In this document: positions 19,787-29,891 of the stretch, piece by piece
Numbering within the stretch: the first letter of the stretch is position 1
How the letters are laid out: every line of letters begins with the position of its first letter
NCBI GenBank assembly: GCA_038896535.1
Contig: JAWACY010000002.1
Location: forward strand, 176,445 to 240,444
Reading direction: 5' to 3'
DNA length: 64,000 bases
DNA from: Candidatus Anstonellales archaeon
GTDB taxonomy: Archaea > Micrarchaeota > Micrarchaeia > Anstonellales > J096
The notes under the pieces: generated by a model
What the model was told of the DNA's origin: nothing
What the model saw: only the letters and a program-made list of their open reading frames with translations
The model's database searches: none
Position numbers and translations under genes: made by a program

Positions 19787-20915
19787 TGTATTAATTGACA
19801 ATGTAAATGCTTTTAATGTTGAAGAAATTGACACGGGGGAAGTTAAAAAAAGAGAGGAAGATTCAATAAATAACGGAAGGATAAGTTATAATCCAAAACA
19901 ACTTGAGAAATGGTCTGGCATTTATGGCATAGTTGGCAATCATTCTGCTGTTCATATATGCAAGTATACAAAAGACAGCTTACATGGTAAAGGGGGATGC
20001 TATAAAAATAAGTTTTATGGCATTGACACCCATAAGTGTGCTGAGATGAGCCCAGCAGCTGCTTGGTGTCATGAAGCATGTGTATTCTGTTGGAGGCCAA
20101 TGGAGTGGTATTCAAGAATTAAAATGCCTGAAAACATGGTTGATAACCCAGAAGAGATAATAAATGAAACAGTAAGAGTAAGAAAAAGGCTTTTATCTGG
20201 TTTTGGCGGAGATAAAAATGTACAGAAGGAGCTTTTCAGAAATGTTTATGATTCGTTTCCTAGCCATTGGGCTATAAGCCTCAGCGGAGAGCCTACCATA
20301 TACCCTAAAATAGGACAGCTAATAAAAATATTAAAAAATACAGAAGGAGTAAAAAGTGTCTTTCTTGTGAGCAATGGGCAAGAGCCAGATGTATTATTAA
20401 AAATGAAAGAAGATAATGCATTGCCAACACAAATTTATATAAGCATAGATGCAAGCAATGAGGCACTCTTTAAAAAGATCAATAGAAGCTTATACAAAGA
20501 TGGCTGGCAGAGATTAATGACTACTATAAAAGAAGTGCTGCCAAAGCTACCAACAAGAAGAGTACTCAGATATACATTAATAAAAGGCATGAATGATATG
20601 GAATATTTAGATAAAGAATATGCTGAAATATATGAGAAAAGCAAAGCTGATTATATAGAAATCAAAGCTTACATGTTCCTAGGCCAGAGCAGACAGAGAT
20701 TAAATATCGAAAATATGCCAACATTTGAATATGTTAAATCTTATGCAGAAAGATTAGTAAAAATCATGCCAAATTACAAAATAATAAATGAAGAAAAAAG
20801 GGCCAGAATTGTATTATTGAAGAGGAATGACAGCCCATTCAACGACAGAATAAAAAACCCAGATGCATTAAAATCATTAAAAGAAAATGCAACATTGCCA
20901 AAAGAATGGGAATAA
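19779..20915 (+). CDS. taw1: 4-demethylwyosine synthase Taw1/TYW1 (radical SAM)
   Basis: HSAVHICKY, CYKNKFYGI.THKC, CHEACVFCWR, AISLSGEPTIYP. Confidence 0.93.
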   Translation: MANVLIDNVNAFNVEEIDTGEVKKREEDSINNGRISYNPKQLEKWSGIYGIVGNHSAVHICKYTKDSLHGKGGCYKNKFYGIDTHKCAEMSPAAAWCHEACVFCWRPMEWYSRIKMPENMVDNPEEIINETVRVRKRLLSGFGGDKNVQKELFRNVYDSFPSHWAISLSGEPTIYPKIGQLIKILKNTEGVKSVFLVSNGQEPDVLLKMKEDNALPTQIYISIDASNEALFKKINRSLYKDGWQRLMTTIKEVLPKLPTRRVLRYTLIKGMNDMEYLDKEYAEIYEKSKADYIEIKAYMFLGQSRQRLNIENMPTFEYVKSYAERLVKIMPNYKIINEEKRARIVLLKRNDSPFNDRIKNPDALKSLKENATLPKEWE

Positions 20916-20997
20916 CAAAATGCTTTTATATTTTATTTCTTTTATTCCACATTTACTCTCCTCACCTCAACAAAATAATAACAGCTGCTGGATATTT

Positions 20998-21448
20998 GTA
21001 AGAATAGCCATGTATAATCAAATTTGCCTTCTTACGAAGGGCTTAATAGGGGCTGGAAGTTTGTAAGAAGGCGTGTGTATAAGGGTTAGCGCCTTCTTAC
21101 AGGGGAGGATAATTGTAAGAAGGCATGTGTAATAGTCAATTTGCCTTCTTACGAAGGGCTTAATAGGGGCTGGAAGTTTGTAAGAAGGCGTGTGTATAAG
21201 GGTTAGCGCCTTCTTACCACAGGGAATAATAGCGGCTGGATAATTGTAAGAAGGCATGTGTAATAGGGTTAGTGCCTTCTTACCGGGAAGTTTGTAAGAA
21301 GGCGTGTGTAATAGGGTTAGTGCCTTCTTCAATAAGCGTATAATAGGGGCGGGATGTTTGTAAGAAGGCGTGTATATAAGGGTATTGCCTTCTTACAGGG
21401 GGGGAAGATTGTAAGAAGGCATGTTTATAAGGGTTAGCGCCTTCTTAC
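20998..21448 (-). repeat. Palindromic tandem array 1: 8 units of GTAAGAAGGC-N17/18-GCCTTCTTAC with 10-28 nt linkers
   Basis: Units at 20998 (degenerate), 21063, 21115, 21180, 21246, 21294, 21360, 21411; opposite orientation to arrays 2 and 3. Confidence 0.97.
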
Positions 21449-21466
21449 CACAAGAGTAAAGTAAAA

Positions 21467-21474
21467 TTTATATA
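21467..21474. promoter_or_regulatory. Probable bidirectional TATA box (PCNA on +, repeat array 1 on -)
   Basis: TTTATATA with purine-rich BRE-like flanks on both strands (AAAGTAAAA on +, AGAAGAA on -). Confidence 0.5.
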
Positions 21475-21505
21475 TTCTTCTATTAAAATTTATTTGGTGC
21501 TTATT

Positions 21506-22246
21506 ATGAAACTAACATATCCTTCTGCAAAGGGTTTTGCTAAGGCATTAGAAGTTGTATGGAATATAGTAGATGAAGGGACTTTTAAAGTATCAAAAGA
21601 GGGCCTAAGACTGCTTGCAATGGATCCCAGCCAGATATCAATGATCGTTTTTACAATGCCAAAAGAACTTTTTTCTGAATTTGATATTACAACAGAGACA
21701 AAAAATGTTGGGCTTGATTTGGCTTATACAAAAACAATACTAAAAACGGCAAGACAGCAAGAAACAATAACTCTGGAAGAAAAGGAAAAGAAGCTTGTAA
21801 TAACATTCAAAAGCCAGAAATCAAGAAGGCAGTTCGTTGTGCCATTGCTTGATCTTGGAGAGGGGCCAACAAAAGAGCCAAATATAGATTATAATAATTT
21901 TGTAATAATAAAAGCAAGCGCACTGGATGGCATAGTAAATGATGCATCCTTAGCAAGCCATTATGTAAAATTAGTAATAAGCAATGATGGCCTTGAAATG
22001 TATGCAAAAAGTGAAACAGGAGAAAGCAATGCAGTTTTTGAAAAAGGAGATGAATTAATTGATATAAAGGCAGAAAATGGGGCAAAGGCCTTATACCCAG
22101 TCAAATATCTGAATGATATAATAAAAAGTTTGCCAAAAGATTCTGAAGTAAAATTATATATAGAGACTGATAAACCATTAAAGTTGGAATCTAATGTAGA
22201 AGGAGCAAAAATAAGATATTATTTAGCTCCAGCAAGCGAGTCATAA
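21506..22246 (+). CDS. pcn: DNA polymerase sliding clamp PCNA
   Basis: LAMDPSQISM, KPLKL, RYYLAP; GGTG SD before ATG 21506. Confidence 0.95.
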   Translation: MKLTYPSAKGFAKALEVVWNIVDEGTFKVSKEGLRLLAMDPSQISMIVFTMPKELFSEFDITTETKNVGLDLAYTKTILKTARQQETITLEEKEKKLVITFKSQKSRRQFVVPLLDLGEGPTKEPNIDYNNFVIIKASALDGIVNDASLASHYVKLVISNDGLEMYAKSETGESNAVFEKGDELIDIKAENGAKALYPVKYLNDIIKSLPKDSEVKLYIETDKPLKLESNVEGAKIRYYLAPASES

Positions 22247-22291
22247 GAATTTTAAATTCTTTGTAATATTTAAATATAAAGGTGGTATTAG

Positions 22292-22693
22292 ATGGACCTA
22301 ACTAGAATAAGCCCTTATAAACACATATTAAAGACAGCAGAAATGCTTAAAGCAATGAGCTTAGAAAAGCCAAGCTTTGTTGATTTTGTTAAATCTGGGG
22401 CACATAAACAAAGGCCGCCAGAGCATGAGGACTTTTTTTATATTAGGGCTGCTGCAATATTAAGAAAAGCTGCGAAAATGCCTGTTGGCGTAAATAGATT
22501 GAGAAAGGCATTTGGAGGAAGGAAAACAGGAAGGGTTAAACCAGAGCATAAAAGAAAAGCTGGGGGAAAAATAATAAGAGCAGCATTACAAAATCTTGAA
22601 AAGCTTGGATTATTGAAAAAAACTGAAAAAGGCAGAGTTATAACGAACAAGGGCATGCAATTGCTTTCAAAAGCAGCAAAGGAAGCTAGATAA
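22292..22693 (+). CDS. rps19e: 30S ribosomal protein S19e (eS19)
   Basis: FVKSGAHKQRPP, YIRAAAILRK, IIRAALQNLE. Confidence 0.95.
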   Translation: MDLTRISPYKHILKTAEMLKAMSLEKPSFVDFVKSGAHKQRPPEHEDFFYIRAAAILRKAAKMPVGVNRLRKAFGGRKTGRVKPEHKRKAGGKIIRAALQNLEKLGLLKKTEKGRVITNKGMQLLSKAAKEAR

Positions 22694-22694
22694 A

Positions 22695-22952
22695 ATGACA
22701 AAAGAGGATGAAATGGAAAAAATTGCAAAAATAAAGGCAACTGCATTGCAGTTATTCGAGCCAGAGGCATATACGAGATTTATGACTGTTATGCAGTATA
22801 ACAGCGAAAAAGCAGTAAAGGCACTTGAATTATGTATGCAGTATTTCTACAAAAAACAAAGGAAAATAAATGATGAAGAATTAAAAAATATATTATTTTA
22901 TTTATCGCAAAATGAAAGGAAAGAGGGAAGCATACAAATAAAAAGAAAATGA
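22695..22952 (+). CDS. PDCD5/TFAR19-like DNA-binding protein
   Basis: EPEAYTR, KINDEELKNIL, IQIKRK; conserved position after eS19. Confidence 0.8.
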   Translation: MTKEDEMEKIAKIKATALQLFEPEAYTRFMTVMQYNSEKAVKALELCMQYFYKKQRKINDEELKNILFYLSQNERKEGSIQIKRK

Positions 22953-22991
22953 ATAAAAAAATAAATGATTATGATTTTATAGGGTGTGAAT

Positions 22992-23168
22992 ATGGCAAAA
23001 AATAACCTTGGAATAAAAATGAGACTTGCAAAAAAAACAAGGCAGAATAGGAGAGTGCCAGTATTTGCTTTTTTGAGAAGTAAAAGAAAAGTAAGGAATA
23101 ATCCAAAACAAAGGAATTGGAGGACAGATAAAATAGGCACTAGAAATTGGAGAAATAGAGGTAGATAA
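22992..23168 (+). CDS. rpl39e: 50S ribosomal protein L39e (eL39)
   Basis: RLAKKTRQNRRVPVF, RNWR. Confidence 0.93.
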   Translation: MAKNNLGIKMRLAKKTRQNRRVPVFAFLRSKRKVRNNPKQRNWRTDKIGTRNWRNRGR

Positions 23169-23169
23169 A

Positions 23170-23445
23170 ATGACAGATAAAAAAGATAAAGGTAAAGAAA
23201 ATGAAGAGATTGTTATGACAATAAATTTAAGGAGAGCGTATGAAAAGCCAAGGACAAAAAGGTTAAAAACTGCTGTAAAACTGTTGAGAGATGCAGTAAA
23301 AAGGTTTGCAAAAGTTAATGTTGTAAAAATATCAAACAGCATTAATCAGTTGTTCTTCAAAAAAAGCATAAAAAAGCCACCAAGAAAATTGAAAATAAAG
23401 GTAATAAAAGAAAAAGAGCAAGGAAGAGTTGAAAAAATAGAATGA
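23170..23445 (+). CDS. rpl31e: 50S ribosomal protein L31e (eL31)
   Basis: TINLRRA..KPRTKR, KPPRKLKIKV. Confidence 0.93.
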   Translation: MTDKKDKGKENEEIVMTINLRRAYEKPRTKRLKTAVKLLRDAVKRFAKVNVVKISNSINQLFFKKSIKKPPRKLKIKVIKEKEQGRVEKIE

Positions 23446-24104
23446 TAAAAAAAACTTCTTATTTTGGAAATCCACACATAGGGATTTTCTGCTTTTGTAA
23501 TGATAAGGTTGCTATATTGCCCTATAACAATAAGTTTTCAGCAATTATTAAAGAAGCGCTTGATGTTGAAATTATAGAAACAACAATATCACAAAGCCCA
23601 TTTATTGGTATTTATACTGCTGGCAATAATGATATATTGATAATGCCAGACATAATCTCAAGTTCTGAACTTACGAAAATAAAAAATGGCCTGGATGGAA
23701 TTGCTGATATTTATTTAATAAAAACAAACATGAATGCACTTGGCAATAATATTGTTGTAGGAAAAAAGGCAATACTTATAAATCCAAATCTCATGCCTTA
23801 TAAAGATAGCATAGAAGACATTTTTGGCATTGAGACAATAGCAATTGATATAGCAGGGTATAAAACAATTGGCTCCTTGCTTGTTACTAATGATAAAGGT
23901 TTTGTTGTCTCATACAAAGCAGGTTTAGAAGATTTGGCGCGTTTAGAAAAAATACTTGGAATAAGAGGAAAAAGAACAAGCATAAATTTAGGCCTTGCTT
24001 TTCCTAAATTGGGTATAATAGCAAATAAAAAAGGCATTGTATTTGGTGAATTAACAACTGGAATAGAAATAGCCAATGTAATTGAAGGGCTTGATGTTCA
24101 ATAA
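23442..24104 (+). CDS. eif6: Translation initiation factor 6 (aIF6)
   Basis: GNPHIGIF, ALGNNI, TNDKG, GELTTGIEI. Confidence 0.93.
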   Translation: MIKKTSYFGNPHIGIFCFCNDKVAILPYNNKFSAIIKEALDVEIIETTISQSPFIGIYTAGNNDILIMPDIISSSELTKIKNGLDGIADIYLIKTNMNALGNNIVVGKKAILINPNLMPYKDSIEDIFGIETIAIDIAGYKTIGSLLVTNDKGFVVSYKAGLEDLARLEKILGIRGKRTSINLGLAFPKLGIIANKKGIVFGELTTGIEIANVIEGLDVQ

Positions 24105-24119
24105 TATTTTGGTGGTATT

Positions 24120-24440
24120 ATGCAAGAAATAACATATGAAGATTTCTTGAAAATGAATCTTGTTGTTGGTAAAATAATAAAAGCAGAAAGATTGGGCAAT
24201 AAGATAATAAAGCTCGAAGTTGATATTGGCAATGAAATAAGAGTTATTGCTGCTGGCATTGCACATTATTACAAAGCTGATGAAATTATAGGAAAAAATG
24301 TCATTATTGTAGAAAACATGAGGCCAAAAACAATAATGGGCATAGAAAGCAAAGGCATGTTGCTTGCATGCATTGATGGAGATAATGCAGCATTAATAAC
24401 AACAGATAAAGAAGTTAAAGCAGGCACAAAAGTATCTTAA
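24120..24440 (+). CDS. Stand-alone tRNA-binding OB-fold protein (Trbp111/CsaA/MetRS C-terminal-like)
   Basis: ITYEDFLKMNLVVGKI, NMRPKTIMGIESKGMLLA. Confidence 0.9.
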   Translation: MQEITYEDFLKMNLVVGKIIKAERLGNKIIKLEVDIGNEIRVIAAGIAHYYKADEIIGKNVIIVENMRPKTIMGIESKGMLLACIDGDNAALITTDKEVKAGTKVS

Positions 24441-24502
24441 AAATGTGGATGGTTTAAATATTAAACCTACATATTTAAATTTTTAATCTGGGCTATTATG
24501 AT

Positions 24503-25963
24503 ATGGCTAAAAGTAATGATATAAATGAATATAACGAGAATATCGAAGAAAATATTGATAATATCAATAATGCGTTGGTAAGCAATAATTATAAATGGGG
24601 CTTTAAGGATGATGCTGAATACGAATACAAAGAAAATCTAAAATTGGGAGAGAGCCTCGTAAAGAATATAAGCAGAATAAAAAAAGAGCCAGATTGGATG
24701 CTTGAATTAAGATTAAAGGCAATTAAAGCATTTTTTCATTTAGAGCTGCCAAAATGGATGCATAATATAGATATTAATTATGATGATATAACATATTATG
24801 CAAAACCGAAAATAAACAGTAATGCAAAAGCTAGTTCATGGGATGATGTGCCTGGTTATATTAAAAATACATTTGAAAAACTTGGAATTCCAGAAGCTGA
24901 AAAGAAAGTGCTTGCTGGTGTAGCAGCACAATATGAAAGCGAAGTTGTATATGAAAAAGTAAGGAGTGATCTGGAAAAATATGGAGTAATATTTTGCAGC
25001 ATGGACAGGGCATTAAAAGAACATGAAAACATTGTAAAGGCATATTTTTCAAAACTTGTGCCGTTTTATGATAATAAGTTTGCTGCATTGAATACTGCAT
25101 TATGGAGTGGTGGGAGCTTTTTGTACATACCAGAAAACGTAAAAATTGAGCAGCCATTACAAGCATATTTCAGAATAAACATGCAGGGCATTGGCCAGTT
25201 TGAAAGAACATTGATAATAGTTGAAGAAGGAGGAGAAGCTCAATACATAGAAGGCTGTTCAGCGCCAGTATATAGCAAAGCATCTTTGCATGCTGCTGTT
25301 GTTGAAGTATTTGCAAAAAGGCATTCAAAAGTCAGATATACAACAGTGCAGAATTGGAGTAAAAATGTTTATAATTTAGTAACAAAGAGAAGCATTGCTT
25401 ATGAAAATGCATACATAGAATGGCTTGATGGGAATATAGGAAGCAAATTAACTGCTAAATATCCATGCATAATACTTGCTGAGCCAAATGCAAAAGGTAA
25501 AATCATAAGCATAGCATATGCTGGGCAGGGGCAAATAATAGATAATGGGGCAAAAATAATACATTTAGCAAAAAATACAAGCTCAAACGTTATAAGTAAA
25601 AGCATTTCAAGCAATGGGGGAAGGGCAAGCTATAGAGGGCTCGTTAAGGTAATAAAAGGGGCAAAAAAGAGCAAGGTTTCTGTTAATTGTGATGCATTAT
25701 TGCTTGATGAAAATAGCAAAACAGATACATATCCAAATATACATATAGCAGAAAAGGACATTTCAATAGCGCATGAAGCAAGGGTAGGAAAAATAAGTGA
25801 TGAGCAGCTTTTTTACTTAATGAGCAGGGGAATAGATAAAGAACAAGCAAGGACTTTAGTTGTTATGGGCTTTCTAGAAGAATTTACAAAAGAACTGCCT
25901 TTGGAATATGCAGTTGAATTAAACAGGCTCATAAGCCTTGAAATGGAAGGGAGCGTTGGCTAA
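24503..25963 (+). CDS. sufB: Fe-S cluster assembly protein SufB
   Basis: QFERTLI, YIEGCSAP, LHAAVVE, HEARVGKI..EQLFYLMSRG. Confidence 0.95.
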   Translation: MAKSNDINEYNENIEENIDNINNALVSNNYKWGFKDDAEYEYKENLKLGESLVKNISRIKKEPDWMLELRLKAIKAFFHLELPKWMHNIDINYDDITYYAKPKINSNAKASSWDDVPGYIKNTFEKLGIPEAEKKVLAGVAAQYESEVVYEKVRSDLEKYGVIFCSMDRALKEHENIVKAYFSKLVPFYDNKFAALNTALWSGGSFLYIPENVKIEQPLQAYFRINMQGIGQFERTLIIVEEGGEAQYIEGCSAPVYSKASLHAAVVEVFAKRHSKVRYTTVQNWSKNVYNLVTKRSIAYENAYIEWLDGNIGSKLTAKYPCIILAEPNAKGKIISIAYAGQGQIIDNGAKIIHLAKNTSSNVISKSISSNGGRASYRGLVKVIKGAKKSKVSVNCDALLLDENSKTDTYPNIHIAEKDISIAHEARVGKISDEQLFYLMSRGIDKEQARTLVVMGFLEEFTKELPLEYAVELNRLISLEMEGSVG

Positions 25964-26989
25964 ATGGAAGAAATGAAAATAGATGGCATGGAACAATATT
26001 TAAGAAAAAGCGCTTATTATGATGAGTATACAGCATTAAAAAGCACAGAATTTTATGAACTCATAAGAGCTTTCAATATAGAATTTTTAAAAAAGAAAAA
26101 TGAAATGAAAAACAAAAAAAACAAAATAAATGACAACATTGCCAATCATTTAAAAAGCGATGATAATTATGAGACACAATCTTTGATAGATGATTATTTG
26201 AATGCTTTAAATAAAGAAACAATGCAAATAGAAAAAACAAAAGCAAAAAATTTTGAAATAAATGAAAATAAAGGAGGGGCTTTGAGAAAAGAATATGTAA
26301 TAAAGCATGATGCAATATTAAACATTTTACATGATAAAAATTTTATTGGAACCGAGCATTTTTTTATATCAGATGGCATCAATGTTGAATTAAACATCAT
26401 TTATTATGCTGATTTTATTTATGCTTCCAGATTTTTCTATATTGGTAATGATGCAGATGTTAAAATAAATATTATGGGCATGAATAAGCATTTTATTGAG
26501 AACAGAACATTCATAAATTTTAATGGGATTAATGCAAATGCATTTGAGAATATTTCAATTTTATCATCAAATGGAAGCATAAGAACTTATACGCAATTAA
26601 ATCACAAAAAACAGCAAAACAAATCAGATAGTAAAGTGCACATAGCATTATTTAACAATGCCTCTTGCTCAATAGAAGGCATGATAAAAATATATGAAAA
26701 TGCATTCAATAGTGATGCATTTCTTGACCAAAAAGCACTCGTCTGCTCAGATAATGCAAAAGCTTTTAGCTATCCATCTCTTGAAATAGCAAACAATAAT
26801 GTGAGGGCAACTCATTCTTCATCAATAATGAGGGTTGAAGAAGAAGACCTCTTTTATCTTAGAACAAGGGGCTTAAACTACAAGCAAGCATATGCAGAAA
26901 TAGTAAAAAGCTTCCTTGGTTTTAATGATATTCTATTGGAGCGTTTAAACAAAAAAATTGATGAGAATATTTATTCACTTATAAGTTGA
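25964..26989 (+). CDS. sufD: Fe-S cluster assembly protein SufD-like
   Basis: PSLEI.NNNV.ATHSS, DLFYLRTRGL. Confidence 0.85.
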   Translation: MEEMKIDGMEQYLRKSAYYDEYTALKSTEFYELIRAFNIEFLKKKNEMKNKKNKINDNIANHLKSDDNYETQSLIDDYLNALNKETMQIEKTKAKNFEINENKGGALRKEYVIKHDAILNILHDKNFIGTEHFFISDGINVELNIIYYADFIYASRFFYIGNDADVKINIMGMNKHFIENRTFINFNGINANAFENISILSSNGSIRTYTQLNHKKQQNKSDSKVHIALFNNASCSIEGMIKIYENAFNSDAFLDQKALVCSDNAKAFSYPSLEIANNNVRATHSSSIMRVEEEDLFYLRTRGLNYKQAYAEIVKSFLGFNDILLERLNKKIDENIYSLIS

Positions 26990-27009
26990 TATAGCTTGAA
27001 GGTGATCAA

Positions 27010-27750
27010 ATGGCATTAGAAATAAAAAATTTACATGTATATGTTGAAGATAAGCATATAATAAAGGGCATAAATGCAAAATTTGATGATGGAAAGGTTA
27101 TTGCTATAATGGGGCCAAATGGTTCTGGAAAAACAAGTTTAGGCTATGCAATTGCCGGGCATCCCAGCTATGTTGCAAGTGGGGAAGTTATATACAATAG
27201 TAAAAATATTTTAGAGTTAAAGCCAGAAGAAAGGGCAAAAGAAGGCATATTTCTCAGCTTTCAAACGCCCCCTTTTCTTGAAGGCATAACAATACAGCAA
27301 CTTTTAAAGAAATCATTTATAGCAAGGTTTAACCTAGAAGAACAAAGCATGGAAACATATAGAAGGCTCAATGAAGAAATAAATAATGCTATTAATATAT
27401 TAGGGTTAAATAAAGATTTCATAAAAAGAGAAGTAAATAGAAATTTTTCTGGCGGGGAAAAGAAAAAAGCAGAAATGTTGCAAATGCTTATATTAAAACC
27501 AAACCTTGCATTGATAGATGAAATAGATTCTGGCTTGGATGTAGATTCACTAAGATTAGTCACAAATGCAATAAATAAACTTAGAGATAACAAAAGGATA
27601 TTTATTGTTATAACACATTATAACAGAATTCTGTCATATATAAAACCTGATGTTGTATTAATAATGAAAGATGGCATGATAAAAAAGCAAGGCGATGAAA
27701 GGCTGGCAAAAGAGATAGAAGAAATTGGTTATGCTGGATTAGATAATTGA
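27010..27750 (+). CDS. sufC: Fe-S cluster assembly ATPase SufC
   Basis: GPNGSGKT, AGHP.Y, FSGGEKKK, DEIDSGLD, ITHY. Confidence 0.95.
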   Translation: MALEIKNLHVYVEDKHIIKGINAKFDDGKVIAIMGPNGSGKTSLGYAIAGHPSYVASGEVIYNSKNILELKPEERAKEGIFLSFQTPPFLEGITIQQLLKKSFIARFNLEEQSMETYRRLNEEINNAINILGLNKDFIKREVNRNFSGGEKKKAEMLQMLILKPNLALIDEIDSGLDVDSLRLVTNAINKLRDNKRIFIVITHYNRILSYIKPDVVLIMKDGMIKKQGDERLAKEIEEIGYAGLDN

Positions 27751-27833
27751 ATTAGATAATTAGATTAGAAACTAGCTGACTTAATTTTAGCAGTTAAGTT
27801 AAGGTTTTAAACACTTATTTAAAATTTTATTTC

Positions 27834-29000
27834 ATGAGCAAGGCATTATATTTAAGAAAGGTCATAGAATCGGCAAATATATATAATAAAACATTCGAAA
27901 TAAATGAAAATGAAATATATGGCAGCTCTCCTCCTTCAATCTTTATAGGAAGCTATGGTTATCCATATGTTTATGCAGGGCCTTTGATATCAAAGCATGA
28001 AGAATGCAGTATTTTTGACACGCCAGAGCATTGGCTAAAAGAAAATCTTAAACAACATGACATAATAAAATTTAGATTAAGTCTTTTAAGAGGGAAGAAA
28101 AAAACAAGAGTAAGTGAAAATACAAAATTCATTGAAAATTTAAAAGAGTTAGCATTAGCTAATAAAGAGCCATATACAATAATGGAAATAAAGAACATGA
28201 GTAGCAATATTAATTTTAATAAAGAAATTGAGGAGCATGCACTATATGGCCCATCAGCAGAGATAAATAATTTTTATATTGATAATACTTATTGGAATCC
28301 AAAATTAGAGAAATTTTATTACGATAGAGATGCAGAAGCAAGCACAGCAGTAAAAGAGCTTTATTTAAATGGCGTGCCTTTTTCTTCAATAACAAAATGT
28401 TTTTCTGCTGGTTGCTTTGGGATAGAGAAAAACAGAAAACTCGTGCCAACAAGATGGGCAATAACTGCTGTTGATTCAATGCTTGGGAATATGCTGCTTA
28501 AGAATGTTAGACAATATGAGATAATTGACGAATATAGGATTTATAACTACAATGCTCTGTTCAATAGCTATTACATACTTCTTGTGCCATCTCATTGGAT
28601 TTATGAGTGGTTTGAAGCATTTTTACACATTTATGGAGACGAAGAGCTGATATTTAATGATGCTGAATTTCATAAAAAAACTGGCTATTCTTCAGTCGGG
28701 GGTTGTTTTTATACATGCAGGTTTGCTGTTTTAGAAGCATTGGAAAGAATGAAAATACAGGCTGGTTGTTTTGTTTTCAGAGAGGCTTATAAAGGGTATG
28801 TTCCTTTAGGTGTTTTTAATGTCAGGGAATGCGTAAGAGAAGCTATGAAAAAGCAGTATTTATCTTTTAATACAATGAACGAGGCACTTTCCTACCTAAA
28901 ATCAAAGTTGAAAATTCCAATGCAAAGATATCTGAAACAAAGCGTGCTATTAAATCATTATATAAGTAAAAGGCAGTTTGGGCTGAGTGCTTATCTTTAA
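27834..29000 (+). CDS. nreA: PCNA-interacting DNA repair protein Nre
   Basis: GSSPPSIFIG.YGYP, LVPTRWAITAVD, C-terminal PIP-like QFGLSAYL. Confidence 0.9.
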   Translation: MSKALYLRKVIESANIYNKTFEINENEIYGSSPPSIFIGSYGYPYVYAGPLISKHEECSIFDTPEHWLKENLKQHDIIKFRLSLLRGKKKTRVSENTKFIENLKELALANKEPYTIMEIKNMSSNINFNKEIEEHALYGPSAEINNFYIDNTYWNPKLEKFYYDRDAEASTAVKELYLNGVPFSSITKCFSAGCFGIEKNRKLVPTRWAITAVDSMLGNMLLKNVRQYEIIDEYRIYNYNALFNSYYILLVPSHWIYEWFEAFLHIYGDEELIFNDAEFHKKTGYSSVGGCFYTCRFAVLEALERMKIQAGCFVFREAYKGYVPLGVFNVRECVREAMKKQYLSFNTMNEALSYLKSKLKIPMQRYLKQSVLLNHYISKRQFGLSAYL

Positions 29001-29111
29001 TTCAGCACTTAATATCTTCATCATTCTATGCATATGCATAGTTCAGCGTTCTCGCCTTCATCACATTTTGTAAATTAATTAGAAGGCATTAAAAATGCAA
29101 TAGAAAGAAAT

Positions 29112-29843
29112 TTATCCAGGCAGTAATCTAAGCTCATCAAACTTCTTACCGCCTTTATTAATCTGTATAAGGACTGAGTTCACAAATTTAAACTCTATGT
29201 ATAGTTTTCCTTTTGCTGGTATTACAAATGACCCTGCTGGATAAACAACCATTAAATCATCATCAATATAAGATACAAATTGAATTTTTACATCTGTGCC
29301 AGGCTTTAACCTTATTTCATTATTAGATAGGCCATTATCTGTTATGTTTATTATTAAAACATCACTTGGCAGCTCCTTTTCTCTTTGTTTAACTTCAAAC
29401 ATTATTTCTTGACTCCAATAAGGCTTTGTTTTTATAAACCCATAAACTCTGGCATAATATGTGCCAGTTTCATTTACATTTATCTGCCTTGTCATTAATC
29501 CTGGCGCATTGATTTCAAAAGGTAAAGTTTGAAACTCATAATCATTAATACTAGATGGGAATACTACGCTGTTTTTGCCATAAACAATTATTAAAGGCAC
29601 AACAGTCGGGCTTGAAGCATAAACTTGTGCTGTTATGTTTATTGGCTCGTCTAAAAAGTACTCTTTCTTGTAATCAGTTATAATAATGTTATAAAACTCT
29701 TCTTCTTGTTTTTCTGGCAGTGTTTGGCTTTCATTTAATGATTCATTTTTCTGCTGTTGCTGTTGCTGCTGGCCAAAACAACCAAAAAGCATTAATAACA
29801 ATACCAGCAATAAAGAAATAGCAAAAATGTTGTATTTTTGCAT
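29112..29843 (-). CDS. Putative lipoprotein with poly-Q linker
   Basis: Hydrophobic signal ending LFGC, then Q8 tract and Ig-like beta-rich domains. Confidence 0.7.
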   Translation of the reverse strand: MQKYNIFAISLLLVLLLMLFGCFGQQQQQQQKNESLNESQTLPEKQEEEFYNIIITDYKKEYFLDEPINITAQVYASSPTVVPLIIVYGKNSVVFPSSINDYEFQTLPFEINAPGLMTRQINVNETGTYYARVYGFIKTKPYWSQEIMFEVKQREKELPSDVLIINITDNGLSNNEIRLKPGTDVKIQFVSYIDDDLMVVYPAGSFVIPAKGKLYIEFKFVNSVLIQINKGGKKFDELRLLPG

Positions 29844-29891
29844 AAAAAAAATAAGAGCAAATATTTAAAATATTTTGGTTTTTATTTTATT

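Noticed and set aside
21018..21332. 104-aa repetitive ORF (KKALTLLHTPSY...) and similar stop-free frames in arrays 2 and 3
   Set aside because: By-product of the 66-bp period; unit spacings of 52 and 65 bp shift the frame, the start is non-ATG and there is no SD
20998..21448. CRISPR array interpretation of the three repeat arrays (38-bp repeat plus 28-bp spacer)
   Set aside because: The spacers are homologous or identical within and between arrays, the repeat interior varies, lengths drop to 10-14 nt, and no cas genes are in the window
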